From: Candidatus Firestoneibacteriota bacterium
GTDB taxonomy: Bacteria > Oederibacteriota > D2-FULL-39-29 > JBBTED01
Reading direction: 5' to 3'
DNA: 64,000 nt
Assembly: GCA_038042445.1 (NCBI GenBank)
Contig: JBBTED010000059.1
Span: 20,972-84,971 of the forward strand
Below are positions 1 to 9,414 of the stretch, one piece after another. How positions within the stretch are numbered: position 1 is the stretch's first letter; each line of letters begins with the position of its first letter. Position numbers and translations under genes: made by a program. The notes beneath the pieces are model-generated. The model saw only the letters and a program-made list of their open reading frames with translations, did not search any database and was not told the origin of the DNA.

Positions 1-174
1 TCACCTGCTGGATTTGTGCGGTATAATGTTAAAATATTGCAAACATCAGGATATAGAGAATTTGATGAAATAGTAATTGAAAGTATAAAGAAATGGAAAT
101 TTGAACCTTTACCAGGTACTGTTACACAATTAGATCAGCAAGGTGTGATTGCATTCAAGTTTAAAATCAAATAA
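1..174 (+). CDS. TonB C-terminal domain protein, 3' end only (cut by the window edge)
   Basis: Not in the ORF track. Frame 1 reads ...NVKILQTSGYREFDEIVIESIKKWKFEP...AFKFKIK*, matching the TonB_C pattern (SG..FD......KW+F.P). Confidence 0.75.
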   Translation, partial: SPAGFVRYNVKILQTSGYREFDEIVIESIKKWKFEPLPGTVTQLDQQGVIAFKFKIK

Positions 175-218
175 ATCAAACCATAATTCTAAAATTTTCC
201 TTAGTTTTGCGTTTTTTT

Positions 219-295
219 TGGTGCGCCTGAGTGGATTTGAACCACCAACGCGCGGCTTCGGAGGCCGCTGCTCTATCCAGCTGAGCTACAGGCGC
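219..295 (-). tRNA. tRNA-Arg (CCG)
   Basis: Reverse complement GCGCCTGTAGCTCAGCTGGATAGAGC...GCGGC-CTCCGAA-GCCGC...GGTTCAAATCC...CAGGCGCACCA; cloverleaf with encoded CCA. Confidence 0.97.
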
Positions 296-301
296 AAAAG
301 T

Positions 302-390
302 CAGACAATAGACTACAGACTAAAGACATTAGACTCTGAAGTCTATTGTCTTTAGTCTGTTTTAAAGTCTATAGTCTGTAGTTGTAGTTT
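302..390. repeat. Degenerate heptamer array forming an inverted repeat
   Basis: Units cagacaa/tagacta/cagacta/aagacat/tagactc, followed by complementary units agtctat/tgtcttt/agtctgt. Confidence 0.75.
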
Positions 391-401
391 ATCAAATCTT
401 A

Positions 402-431
402 TTGACAATATAAAGTTATTTCTGCTAATAT
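402..431 (+). promoter_or_regulatory. sigma70-type promoter of pilM
   Basis: TTGACA 402-407, 18-nt spacer, extended -10 TGcTAATAT ending at 431; ATG follows after 7 nt with no SD. Confidence 0.65.
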
Positions 432-438
432 TTTCTTT

Positions 439-1527
439 ATGAGCGTTGTAGGTTTGGATATAGGGACTAATGTTGTTAAAATTGTACAAGTAAAAGAAGC
501 AGGAGATAAATTCCAGCTTATAAACCTTGCTATTTCTGAAATTTCCTCTGAACCGGTTGAAGAATTAGAGCCACAAGCTCGTTTTAATCTAACAGTAGAA
601 GCCATTAAAAAAGTAGTTAAGGAAAGTGGAATAAAAAGTAAAAATGTAGCTTTATCTTTAAGTGGAGATGGAGTTATTGTTCGCTACGTACGTCTTCCAT
701 TTATGAGTAGAGATGAATTAAAAGCTATTGTAAAACATGAAGCAGAGCAGTATATCCCGATTGGTATTGATCAGGTAATGCTGGATTTCCAAATTCTTGG
801 CGAGGTAAGTGAGGATAATCAGAAAAAAATGGATGTTTTGCTTGTTGCAGCAAAAAATGAATTGGTTGACCAATATATAAATATTGTGCAATCCGCTGGA
901 TTAATTCCACTATTAATAGATGTAGATGTATTTGCACTCGGTAATTCTTATGAGGCGAATTTCGGCAAAAAAGAAGGAGAAACTGTCGCTTTAGTGAATA
1001 TAGGTGCAAAAATAATTTCAATCAATATATTGGAAGATGGTGTAACGAAGTTTGGCAGAGATGTTGCTGCTGGAAGTAATATTATAACCAAAGATATACA
1101 ACGGGAATTTAAATTAAATTATATTGATGCTGAGAAATTTAAAAAAGAAGAAGCAACTGTTATTATTGAATCAGATGACGAGTTACTTCTAACACGTATA
1201 CCAGACAAAGAAGATAAATCAATGAAAACCCATGAAGCAATAATAGGTAATTTAAATAAAATGGTTGCTGAAATAAGACGTGCACTTGATTTTTATGAGT
1301 CCCAGGCTAAAAAACGTGTGGTTAATAAAGTTTTACTAAGTGGTGGTGGCTCTTTGCTTAAAAATATGGATAAATTTTTAAATGATAAATTGCGTATACC
1401 TGTGGAATTTAATAATCCATTAGCTAATTTTGAAGTTAAACTGGACAATTTTCCAGCAGATAAAATTTCCGGGTTGGCATCACAACTTGCTGTTGTTATT
1501 GGTTTATCAACCAGAAAAGCAAAATGA
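439..1527 (+). CDS. pilM: Type IV pilus assembly protein PilM
   Basis: VGLDIGT actin-like motif, EAEQYIP, LLVAA, LSGGGS..., followed by pilN. Confidence 0.93.
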   Translation: MSVVGLDIGTNVVKIVQVKEAGDKFQLINLAISEISSEPVEELEPQARFNLTVEAIKKVVKESGIKSKNVALSLSGDGVIVRYVRLPFMSRDELKAIVKHEAEQYIPIGIDQVMLDFQILGEVSEDNQKKMDVLLVAAKNELVDQYINIVQSAGLIPLLIDVDVFALGNSYEANFGKKEGETVALVNIGAKIISINILEDGVTKFGRDVAAGSNIITKDIQREFKLNYIDAEKFKKEEATVIIESDDELLLTRIPDKEDKSMKTHEAIIGNLNKMVAEIRRALDFYESQAKKRVVNKVLLSGGGSLLKNMDKFLNDKLRIPVEFNNPLANFEVKLDNFPADKISGLASQLAVVIGLSTRKAK

Positions 1528-2072
1528 TCACTATAAATTTATTACCAGAAAAATATTATAAAGCACGCAAACTTAAGCAATTGCTGGCTATTTTAATTGT
1601 AGGTGGTTCTGTAATAGTAGCAGTTTTAATTTTTTTATATTTTATACAAGTTAAAAATGTGGCTAAACTAAACAAACAAATTAAAGAAGTTGAGGTTGAA
1701 CAGGAAAAATATAGGCCTATTCTTGAAAAGATGGAAATGATAAAAAACAAAGAAGCCTTTCTTCAATCAAGAATGAAAGTTTTGAAAGAGTTAACAACTA
1801 AGCATTCTGTGTGGCCACGACTTCTTGATGATTTAAATAGAGTAGTTCCATTTAATATCTGGCTTACCAAAGTGGATAGTAAAGCACAGGCAAAAGGCAG
1901 GATTTTTACAATAGATGGTATTAGTCTTTCAAAAGAGGGAGTTGCAGATTTTATGACTAATCTTCAAAAATCCACTTATTTTGAAAATGTTGTTTTGCTT
2001 TCTCTTGCAGAAAGTTTTGTTAGTGGAATGTCTCAAGTTTCATTTAGAATTACTTGTTCAAGTAAAATATGA
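1524..2072 (+). CDS. pilN: Type IV pilus assembly protein PilN
   Basis: N-terminal INLLP motif, one TM helix, coiled coil, P..IWLT. Confidence 0.9.
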   Translation: MITINLLPEKYYKARKLKQLLAILIVGGSVIVAVLIFLYFIQVKNVAKLNKQIKEVEVEQEKYRPILEKMEMIKNKEAFLQSRMKVLKELTTKHSVWPRLLDDLNRVVPFNIWLTKVDSKAQAKGRIFTIDGISLSKEGVADFMTNLQKSTYFENVVLLSLAESFVSGMSQVSFRITCSSKI

Positions 2073-2629
2073 TTTCAACTAATGACTTTCGAAAAGGGGT
2101 AATTATAGAAGTGGATAATATTTCTTGTGAAGTGATTGATTTTCAGCATGTAAAACCTGGTAAAGGTGGTGCTTTTGTAAGGACAAAGTTAAAAAATGTT
2201 AAAACAGGAGCAGTGCTTGATAAAACTTTTAATGCCGGGATAAAAGTAAAATTGGCAGATTTGGAAGAAAAATCTGTGCAATATTTATATAAATCCGAAA
2301 AAGAATACCATTTTATGGATGATAGAACTTATGAGCAGATATATCTTACCCAAGAGCAGATTGGAGACAACATAAAGTTTTTAAAAGAAAATATGACTTT
2401 GGATTTAGTATGTAAAGACGGGGTAGCGCTTACCATTAAATTCCCAACTTTTGTTGAATTAAAAATAACTGATACTCCTCCAGGTGTAAAAGGAGATACT
2501 GCAGCTACAAATTCAAAACCTGCAACTGTAGAAACAGGAGCATTAATTCAAGTGCCATTTTTTATCAATATTGGTGACGTTATAAAGATTGATACCAGAA
2601 CAAATGATTATGTAGAGCGGGTAAAATAA
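2069..2629 (+). CDS. efp: Elongation factor P
   Basis: HVKPGKGGAFVR, PGVKGDT, VPFFI..GD.IKIDTR. Confidence 0.97.
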   Translation: MISTNDFRKGVIIEVDNISCEVIDFQHVKPGKGGAFVRTKLKNVKTGAVLDKTFNAGIKVKLADLEEKSVQYLYKSEKEYHFMDDRTYEQIYLTQEQIGDNIKFLKENMTLDLVCKDGVALTIKFPTFVELKITDTPPGVKGDTAATNSKPATVETGALIQVPFFINIGDVIKIDTRTNDYVERVK

Positions 2630-2660
2630 TTATGGTCTGGTGAAAGAAGACAGACCATAA
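2630..2660 (+). promoter_or_regulatory. Inverted repeat upstream of accB, with a related copy upstream of the manC-like gene
   Basis: TTATGGTCTG-N11-CAGACCATAA, a perfect 10-bp inverted repeat ending 10 nt before the accB ATG. Confidence 0.5.
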
Positions 2661-2670
2661 ACAGAAAATT

Positions 2671-3129
2671 ATGAATATAAAAGAAATAAAAGAATTAATA
2701 GATTTAATACATAATACTGATGTGGCTGAATTGGAATTAGAACGTGAAGGGACCAGAATACGAATAAGAAAGGCAAGCGGAGATTTGCCAAAAGAAGTTA
2801 TCACTATGATTAATACTGCAAAGCAAGTTCAGAATGTTCCTGATGCACAGGTTGTTTTACCACAAAAAGAAAAGGCGGCAGAAAATCTAATTACTATTAC
2901 TGCTCCAATGGTTGGGACTTTTTATAGAGCGAATGCTCCAGATGCTTCACCTTATGTGCAAGAGGGCGATGTTGTAGCTGATGGTCAGACTATCTGTATT
3001 ATTGAAGCTATGAAACTTATGAATGAAATAAAATCTGAAACTAAAGGTAAGATTGTAAAAATATTGGTTGAAAGTGGACATGCTATTGAATATGGTCAAC
3101 CATTATTTTTGTTGGAGCCTGTAACCTAA
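2671..3129 (+). CDS. accB: Acetyl-CoA carboxylase biotin carboxyl carrier protein
   Basis: APMVGTFY and the EAMKLMNEI biotinylation motif. Confidence 0.97.
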   Translation: MNIKEIKELIDLIHNTDVAELELEREGTRIRIRKASGDLPKEVITMINTAKQVQNVPDAQVVLPQKEKAAENLITITAPMVGTFYRANAPDASPYVQEGDVVADGQTICIIEAMKLMNEIKSETKGKIVKILVESGHAIEYGQPLFLLEPVT

Positions 3130-3131
3130 CA

Positions 3132-4478
3132 GTGTTTAGCAAAATTCTTATTGCAAATCGTGGTGAAATAGCATTACGTATAATCCGTGCTTGTAAAGAA
3201 ATGGGAATTCGAACAGTTGCCGTTCATTCTGAAGCAGATGCAGATTCTCTTCATGTCCGATTTGCCGATGAAAATATATGTATAGGTGCACCATCTCCTG
3301 CCAAAAGCTATCTAAATATTGCCGCCATTATAAGTTCTGCTGAAATAACTGATGCCGAAGCTATACATCCGGGTTATGGTTTTCTTGCCGAAAATGCACA
3401 TTTTGCAGAAATTTGTGCTGAATGTAATATAAAATTTATAGGTCCTACACCAGATATTATGAGGAAAATGGGAGATAAAGTTGCGGCAAGGCAGACAATG
3501 AAAGCTGCAGGTGTGCCTGTAATTCCTGGAAGCGATGGTGTTATAAAGGATGAAAAAGAGGCGCTAAAAATTGCAAAGCAGATTGGCTATCCAGTTATAA
3601 TAAAAGCTGTAGCCGGTGGTGGTGGAAGAGGAATGCGTGTTGCGCATACAGATGTAAGTTTGACAAATGCTTTTCATACTGCAAGAGCTGAAGCAGAATC
3701 ATCATTTGGAAATCCTGATGTTTATATTGAAAAATATGTAGAAGAACCAAAACATATAGAAGTGCAACTTTTAGGTGATGAAAAAGGCAATATTTATCAT
3801 CTTGGTGAGAGAGATTGTACAATTCAAAGGCGGCATCAGAAATTAATAGAAGAATCACCATCACCTGCTATTAGTAATGCATTGCGTGATGAAATAGGTA
3901 ATGCTGCACTTAAAGGAGCTGAAAGTGTAGGATATGTTAGTGCTGGAACAATAGAATTTTTGCTTGATAAAAATAACAAATTTTATTTTATGGAAATGAA
4001 TACCAGAATACAGGTTGAACATGGTGTTACAGAAATGGTTACTGGATTAGATATAGTTAAAGAACAAATAAGAATAGCTGCAGGAGAGGAACTTAAACTT
4101 CCTAAAAAAGAAATTGGGTTAAGAGGGCATTCTATAGAATGTCGTATAAATGCAGAAGATTCTGAAAAAGGGTTTATACCTTCTCCCGGTAAAATTACAA
4201 GTTATTATGTTCCGGGTGGTCCTGGTGTTAGAATTGATACACATGTTTATGAAGAATATGTAATACCGCCATATTATGATTCACTTATTGCAAAAGCTAT
4301 AACACATGGTCAGAGTCGTATAGAAGCTATAACGCGTATGGAAAGAGTTCTTGATGAATTTGTAATAGAAGGTATAAAAACCACAATACCGTTTCACAAA
4401 AAAGTACTTTCAAATCCATTATTCAGACGTGGAGAAATTCACACTGATTTTATAAAAATGTTGGAGGAATCTCAATGA
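3132..4478 (+). CDS. accC: Biotin carboxylase
   Basis: [39 protein letters not shown]. Confidence 0.97.
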   Translation: MFSKILIANRGEIALRIIRACKEMGIRTVAVHSEADADSLHVRFADENICIGAPSPAKSYLNIAAIISSAEITDAEAIHPGYGFLAENAHFAEICAECNIKFIGPTPDIMRKMGDKVAARQTMKAAGVPVIPGSDGVIKDEKEALKIAKQIGYPVIIKAVAGGGGRGMRVAHTDVSLTNAFHTARAEAESSFGNPDVYIEKYVEEPKHIEVQLLGDEKGNIYHLGERDCTIQRRHQKLIEESPSPAISNALRDEIGNAALKGAESVGYVSAGTIEFLLDKNNKFYFMEMNTRIQVEHGVTEMVTGLDIVKEQIRIAAGEELKLPKKEIGLRGHSIECRINAEDSEKGFIPSPGKITSYYVPGGPGVRIDTHVYEEYVIPPYYDSLIAKAITHGQSRIEAITRMERVLDEFVIEGIKTTIPFHKKVLSNPLFRRGEIHTDFIKMLEESQ

Positions 4479-4822
4479 AACAGGATATTACAAGAAATCC
4501 ATTGGGAGTTTTAAATATTTCTATAGAAGCAATTGCTTCTATATCTGCTATTGCTGCATCTAAAGTGCCGGGAGTTATTGGAATGAGTGGGGGAGTTATA
4601 GATACAATTGCACAGTTTTTAGGTAAGAAAGGTGTTGATAAAGGTATCAGAGTTACAGTAGATGAAAAGGAAGTTGGTTTGGATTTATTTATAATTGTAA
4701 ATTTTGGTTCAGATATTTCAGAAATTGGCGCACAGGTTCAGGAAAAAGTAAGAGATGCAGTTGAAAATATGACAGGTCTTTCAGTTCGTGAAGTTAATGT
4801 TACAGTTCAGGAAGTAAAATAA
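4475..4822 (+). CDS. Asp23/Gls24 family envelope stress protein
   Basis: [13 protein letters not shown]...KGIRV...[21 protein letters not shown]; typical position after accC. Confidence 0.88.
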   Translation: MKQDITRNPLGVLNISIEAIASISAIAASKVPGVIGMSGGVIDTIAQFLGKKGVDKGIRVTVDEKEVGLDLFIIVNFGSDISEIGAQVQEKVRDAVENMTGLSVREVNVTVQEVK

Positions 4823-4836
4823 ATACTAATAATATT

Positions 4837-6096
4837 ATGAATTCCAAAGATATTGTTTTGAAAAGTTTAAAGCATCAGGATATTGAAAAAGTACCTGTGG
4901 ATTTTGGTGCAACTGCAGTTACAGGGATACATATAAGTTGTGTTGCAAAGTTGCGTGAGTATTATGGATTGAAAAAACTTCCAGTTAAGGTGATTGAGCC
5001 ATATCAGATGCTTGGTGAAATAGATAAGGAATTGAAAAATATAATAGGCGTTGATATTGAAGGAGTATTTCCAAAAAATAATATGTTTGGTTTCCCAAAT
5101 GAAAATTGGAAAGAGTGGAAAATGCCTGATGGTTTGATTGTTTTAGTGCCTGAAAAATTTAATACTACAGTAGATAATAATGGTGTTACATACATTTATC
5201 CGCAGGGTGATACTAATGTTTTTCCATCTGGGAAGATGCCTGCAGATGGTTATTTTTTTGATGCTATAATACGGCAGGAACCACTTGATGAGGAAAATCT
5301 TAATCCTGAAGATAATTTGGAAGAATTTAAAATTTTTACAGATGAAGATATTGCATATTTTGAGAATGCAATAAGAAATGCATCATTAACAAATCGTGCA
5401 GTTATTGCTACTTTTGGTGGGAGTGCATTTGGTGATATTGCATTAGTTCCTGCGCCATTTCTTAAACATCCAAAGGGTATTCGGGATATTGAAGAATGGT
5501 ATATATCTACAATTGCAAGACAGGATTATATTCATAAAGTATTTGAAAAACAGTCAGAGATTGCTATTTTAAATCTGGATAAAATATATAAAAGTGTTGG
5601 TAATCTTGTTAATGTTGTTTTTGTCTGTGGTACTGATTTCGGAACCCAAAATTCCACGTTTTGTTCGTTAGATACGTTTCGTAATCTGTATATGCCTTAT
5701 TATAAAAAAATAAATAATTGGATTCATAAAAATACACAATGGAAGACTTTTAAACATTCTTGTGGAGCAGTTGAGTCTTTTATTCCATCTCTGGTTGAAT
5801 CAGGGTTTGATATACTAAATCCGGTCCAATGTTCTGCTAAAGGTATGGATGCTGAATTATCAAAACAGAAATATGGAAATATAATTTCTTTCTGGGGTGG
5901 AGGTGTTGATACACAAAAAACACTTCCATTTGGTACACCTTCTGAAGTACGTGAACAAGTACTTAAAAGATGTGAAATATTTTCAAAGAATGGCGGATTT
6001 ATATTTAATACTATCCACAATATTCAGGTAAAAACTCCAATTGAGAATATTGTAGCAATGATTGATGCGTTACATGAATTTAATTCTGCAAGATAA
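4837..6096 (+). CDS. Uroporphyrinogen decarboxylase / methylcobamide methyltransferase (MtaA-like) family protein
   Basis: DFGTQ, HSCG, LNPVQ, FWGGGVDTQ..LPFGTP, HNIQ motifs. Confidence 0.85.
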   Translation: MNSKDIVLKSLKHQDIEKVPVDFGATAVTGIHISCVAKLREYYGLKKLPVKVIEPYQMLGEIDKELKNIIGVDIEGVFPKNNMFGFPNENWKEWKMPDGLIVLVPEKFNTTVDNNGVTYIYPQGDTNVFPSGKMPADGYFFDAIIRQEPLDEENLNPEDNLEEFKIFTDEDIAYFENAIRNASLTNRAVIATFGGSAFGDIALVPAPFLKHPKGIRDIEEWYISTIARQDYIHKVFEKQSEIAILNLDKIYKSVGNLVNVVFVCGTDFGTQNSTFCSLDTFRNLYMPYYKKINNWIHKNTQWKTFKHSCGAVESFIPSLVESGFDILNPVQCSAKGMDAELSKQKYGNIISFWGGGVDTQKTLPFGTPSEVREQVLKRCEIFSKNGGFIFNTIHNIQVKTPIENIVAMIDALHEFNSAR

Positions 6097-6302
6097 AATA
6101 TATTAATCACTATAAGTTTCATAAATAACATCATTTGACAAGATAGGGAAATACAATAGTTTTGCTTCTTTCGTATTTTAGGGTGCATTATTAGTATTTA
6201 TTTTGTAAGAAAGTATATATATTAGGTCATTCTGAACGAAAGTGAAGACGAAAGAACCATAAATTTCTTGATTTTTCATTATATTTCTGGTATTTTTATA
6301 GC

Positions 6303-6593
6303 ATGAATAAAGAAGAAATAAAAAACATTCTTAGTTCTCAACTTTCTTTTCTAAAAGAAAAATACCATGTCAAAAAATTAGGCATTTTTGGTTCTGTCGT
6401 TAGAAATGAAGCAAAAGAAGATAGTGATGTAGATGTAATGGTAGAGTTTGAATCTCCAATCGGTTTTTTTGAATTCATCAGGTTAGAAAATTTCTTAAGT
6501 GAAAAAATTCAGCAAAAAGTTGATCTTGTTTCTACAAAAGCGATAAAACCAATTATAAAGAACGATATTCTTAAGGAAACAATTTATGTCTAA
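6303..6593 (+). CDS. mntA: Minimal nucleotidyltransferase (MNT) antitoxin
   Basis: GS-X10-DxD (FGSVVRNEAKEDSDVD) and KVDLV; overlaps the HEPN gene. Confidence 0.9.
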   Translation: MNKEEIKNILSSQLSFLKEKYHVKKLGIFGSVVRNEAKEDSDVDVMVEFESPIGFFEFIRLENFLSEKIQQKVDLVSTKAIKPIIKNDILKETIYV

Positions 6594-6933
6594 AAGAGAA
6601 TCACGGCTTTATCTTGAAGATATAAAAGACTCTATTGGCAAGATAGAGAGATACATTAAAGATTTATCTTTTGATGAATTTACTGAAGACGATAAAACAA
6701 TTGATGCTATTGTTAGAAATCTGAGCATAATTGGTGAGGCTGCAAGAAATATTCCTGAGGACATAAAGTTAAAGAATCCCGATATTGCTTGGATTGAAAT
6801 CATTGGTATGAGAAATAAAATCACTCACGAATATTTTGGTATTGATGAAGATATTTTATGGAAGACTATAAAAGAAGATTTGCCAATCTTAAAAAATCAG
6901 ATTTTGGAATTATTAAAAAATTTTTTGATATAA
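6586..6933 (+). CDS. hepT: HEPN (DUF86) RNase toxin
   Basis: IIGEAA and the R-X4-H-X-Y motif RNKITHEY. Confidence 0.9.
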   Translation: MSKRESRLYLEDIKDSIGKIERYIKDLSFDEFTEDDKTIDAIVRNLSIIGEAARNIPEDIKLKNPDIAWIEIIGMRNKITHEYFGIDEDILWKTIKEDLPILKNQILELLKNFLI

Positions 6934-7094
6934 AATACCAACAATAGTTTCCTAAAATTTAGCATTTCAAAATATCAGTAACCCTTAACATATTAAAATA
7001 CTAACATCATCTGATTTTAAAATATTGAAGATATAATTTATAAAAATAGATTTACTTAATTGGAAACAATTGTTAAAATTTACAAAGAAATAAT

Positions 7095-7424
7095 ATGAAA
7101 ACAACTAATATTGTTGGTTTTGATGAGTCTATTACAATAGAGTGGAAGCCATCAAAAACTGACGAATATAGTTTTATAATAAATATTTATTCTGCCAAAG
7201 ACAAGTTTGTAGGAGAAGAGGAACTTCCTGAGTTTAATGAAAGACAGAAGAAAGCAATAGAATATGTAAAGAAGAAAGGCTCTATCAGTAGAAAAGAATA
7301 TAAACAACTTAATGGAATTTCTCATACCATTGCGCATAAAGAATTAAAAAATCTTGCAGAAAAAGATATTTTTAAAATACAAGGTGCTGGTAAATATTTA
7401 CGATATGGGTTGACGCAAGGTTGA
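7095..7424 (+). pseudogene. Probable remnant: C-terminal winged HTH of an AlbA_2/RecG-C-type ATP-binding protein
   Basis: NERQKKAIEYV...SISRKEY..L...S...A..EL..L.....F...GAGK..RY is normally the tail of a much longer protein; no upstream domains are present. Confidence 0.55.
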
Positions 7425-7657
7425 CGCAATAAAATTTGAAGAATAAGAGATAAATTCCGTATGATGTTTAGCATAAAAATATTGGCAGTTGTTACTCAAC
7501 AGATTGTATTAATAAACAGTTTGTTGGGTAATAGTAGAAAATATGAAAGGTGTGTTAAAAGGTATTTTATCAGAATAATTTGAAAATTCTATTCGGATGA
7601 AACAAGAATATGAATAGGCTTTAAGAATATTACCAAAATGTAACAAATATTAAATTT

Positions 7658-9037
7658 ATGATTGATCAAAATACACATAAAATAAAAGCGATGTACGATA
7701 ATTTGTTGGGTTTAATGGAAAAACTAATTTTTGTTTTGTCTACGGATTATAATAGTGATAAAAGTAATGATAAAGTTGTGCAAAAGTATATATTAGGTGA
7801 AAATGGTTGGAGTATAGGGGATATAAAGGTTAATGAAAGATTGTATTCGCATAGTAATATTATTCATTATATGGACAGTATTTGTGACATGAAAAAATCG
7901 AAAAATTTGTTTAAAGTTTTGTTAGGCAATAAATTTATTAAAAATCCATCTTTTGTAGATTCAAATAATAATACTGTTGAAAGTCCTGATGAAAAATCTG
8001 TTTTATGGTCCGGATTGTTACATGGCAATATATTTTATTTTATTAGTAGATATTTAGACCAAATAGATACATTGAATTTTGATAAAAATATTTTTGATAA
8101 ATTGTATTGCGATTTTGAAAGTTATACCATTAATGAAAAAGCAAAATTTGTTGGATATATACCATTGTTGAATTTTTCATCTGATATGAAGAATACAAAA
8201 TTTGATAATGGAGTAGAAATAATATATTTAGAACCAAATAAACGAGAATACTTTGCAAATTCCTTATTTTACAGAGAACCGAATACAGGAGATTTATGCG
8301 ATGTAGATGGTATCTTTAAATCTGGCTTTGCTTTTAAATTTATTTTTGAAGATAATAAAAGATCATCTTTGTCAGGTGAATCTATTAACTGTATTGTAAA
8401 AAAAAGCGAAAAAATTATTACTGCTTTACGCCTATTAAAATCTGGGGATCTATATCTGTCTAATTTTATTTTTTCAGAATCTATTAATAATTTCAATCCG
8501 CCACTAGTTGAGCCATTGAGGAACTCTATACATAGCAATTTTGCATCAGATAAATATTCAGGAGAAATCTTTAATTTTAATAATAATAGCGATTTTAAAA
8601 TATGCAATGATATATTCAAAGTACTTATAGAAGATAATTTAGATGTAATTGAAATTGCACTAAGAAGATTTAGCGATATTTATAGAAGAGAGTTATCAGA
8701 AGATAAAATAATTGATATGGCTATATTGCTTGAAAGTATTTTGCTTTATGGTATTAGTAATGAATTGAGTTATCGCTTTTGTTTGCGAGGAGCATATCTT
8801 CTTGAAAACAAAAGAGAAAAAGACAAGACATTTAAAACATTAGGAGAATTTTACAGAATTCGTAGTAACATTGTACATGGAAATGATAAAAAGAATTATT
8901 CTTGTGAAGTCGTTGAAGTAGAAAATATATGCAGAGAAATAATAAAATTAATAATTGAAGAATTACACAATAAAAATTCGTTGGAAAATATTATAAAGAA
9001 TATAGATAAAAGCATTTTATATAAAAATAATGTTTAG
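7658..9037 (+). CDS. Apea-like HEPN domain protein
   Basis: C-terminal LESIL...ELSYRF.LRGA.LL...FYRIRSNIVHG (R-X4-H); very AT-rich. Confidence 0.75.
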   Translation: MIDQNTHKIKAMYDNLLGLMEKLIFVLSTDYNSDKSNDKVVQKYILGENGWSIGDIKVNERLYSHSNIIHYMDSICDMKKSKNLFKVLLGNKFIKNPSFVDSNNNTVESPDEKSVLWSGLLHGNIFYFISRYLDQIDTLNFDKNIFDKLYCDFESYTINEKAKFVGYIPLLNFSSDMKNTKFDNGVEIIYLEPNKREYFANSLFYREPNTGDLCDVDGIFKSGFAFKFIFEDNKRSSLSGESINCIVKKSEKIITALRLLKSGDLYLSNFIFSESINNFNPPLVEPLRNSIHSNFASDKYSGEIFNFNNNSDFKICNDIFKVLIEDNLDVIEIALRRFSDIYRRELSEDKIIDMAILLESILLYGISNELSYRFCLRGAYLLENKREKDKTFKTLGEFYRIRSNIVHGNDKKNYSCEVVEVENICREIIKLIIEELHNKNSLENIIKNIDKSILYKNNV

Positions 9038-9073
9038 TATTAATATGAAGTGTAATATACTTTATGTAAATTT

Positions 9074-9158
9074 GCGAGGGTGGCGGAATTGGCAGACGCG
9101 TTGGACTTAGGATCCAATGCCGAAGGGCATGGGGGTTCAACTCCCCCCTCTCGCACCA
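9074..9158 (+). tRNA. tRNA-Leu (TAG)
   Basis: GCGAGGGTGGCGGAATTGGCAGACGC, anticodon arm TTGGA-CTTAGGA-TCCAA, long variable arm, GGTTCAACTCC, CCA end. Confidence 0.97.
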
Positions 9159-9217
9159 TTATAAAGATATTGAAATATAAAGAGTTTTTGTGTAGAGTAA
9201 AAGTGAGGTGATATGTA

Positions 9218-9403
9218 ATGATAACTGTAAAGCAAGAAGTTATTAAAATGATAAGTAACTTGTCAGACAAAGTTGATTATGATGAAATTATGGCTGAAAT
9301 ATATTTTAGACAAAAAGTTGATAAAAGCTTACAGCAAATTGAAGAACAAAAGATTGTTAGTCATAAAGAGGCAAAAAAGCGGATATCTAAGTGGATAAAA
9401 TAA
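9218..9403 (+). CDS. Small antitoxin-like protein, apparently an orphan
   Basis: SD GAGGTG. KQEVIKMI..L...V.YDEIM.EIYF.QKV...L...E....SH.EAK.R..KW resembles partners of RelE/ParE toxins; no toxin gene follows. Confidence 0.6.
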   Translation: MITVKQEVIKMISNLSDKVDYDEIMAEIYFRQKVDKSLQQIEEQKIVSHKEAKKRISKWIK

Positions 9404-9414
9404 AGGGGAATATT

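Noticed and set aside
149..355. 68-aa ORF in the track
   Set aside because: It lies antisense to tRNA-Arg and across the heptamer array; a shadow ORF.
6097..9158. Integrative element at tRNA-Leu
   Set aside because: No integrase and no duplicated tRNA 3' end was found, and the accessory genes lie mainly 5' of the tRNA.
9040..9270. 76-aa minus-strand ORF
   Set aside because: It is antisense to tRNA-Leu and the small antitoxin-like gene.
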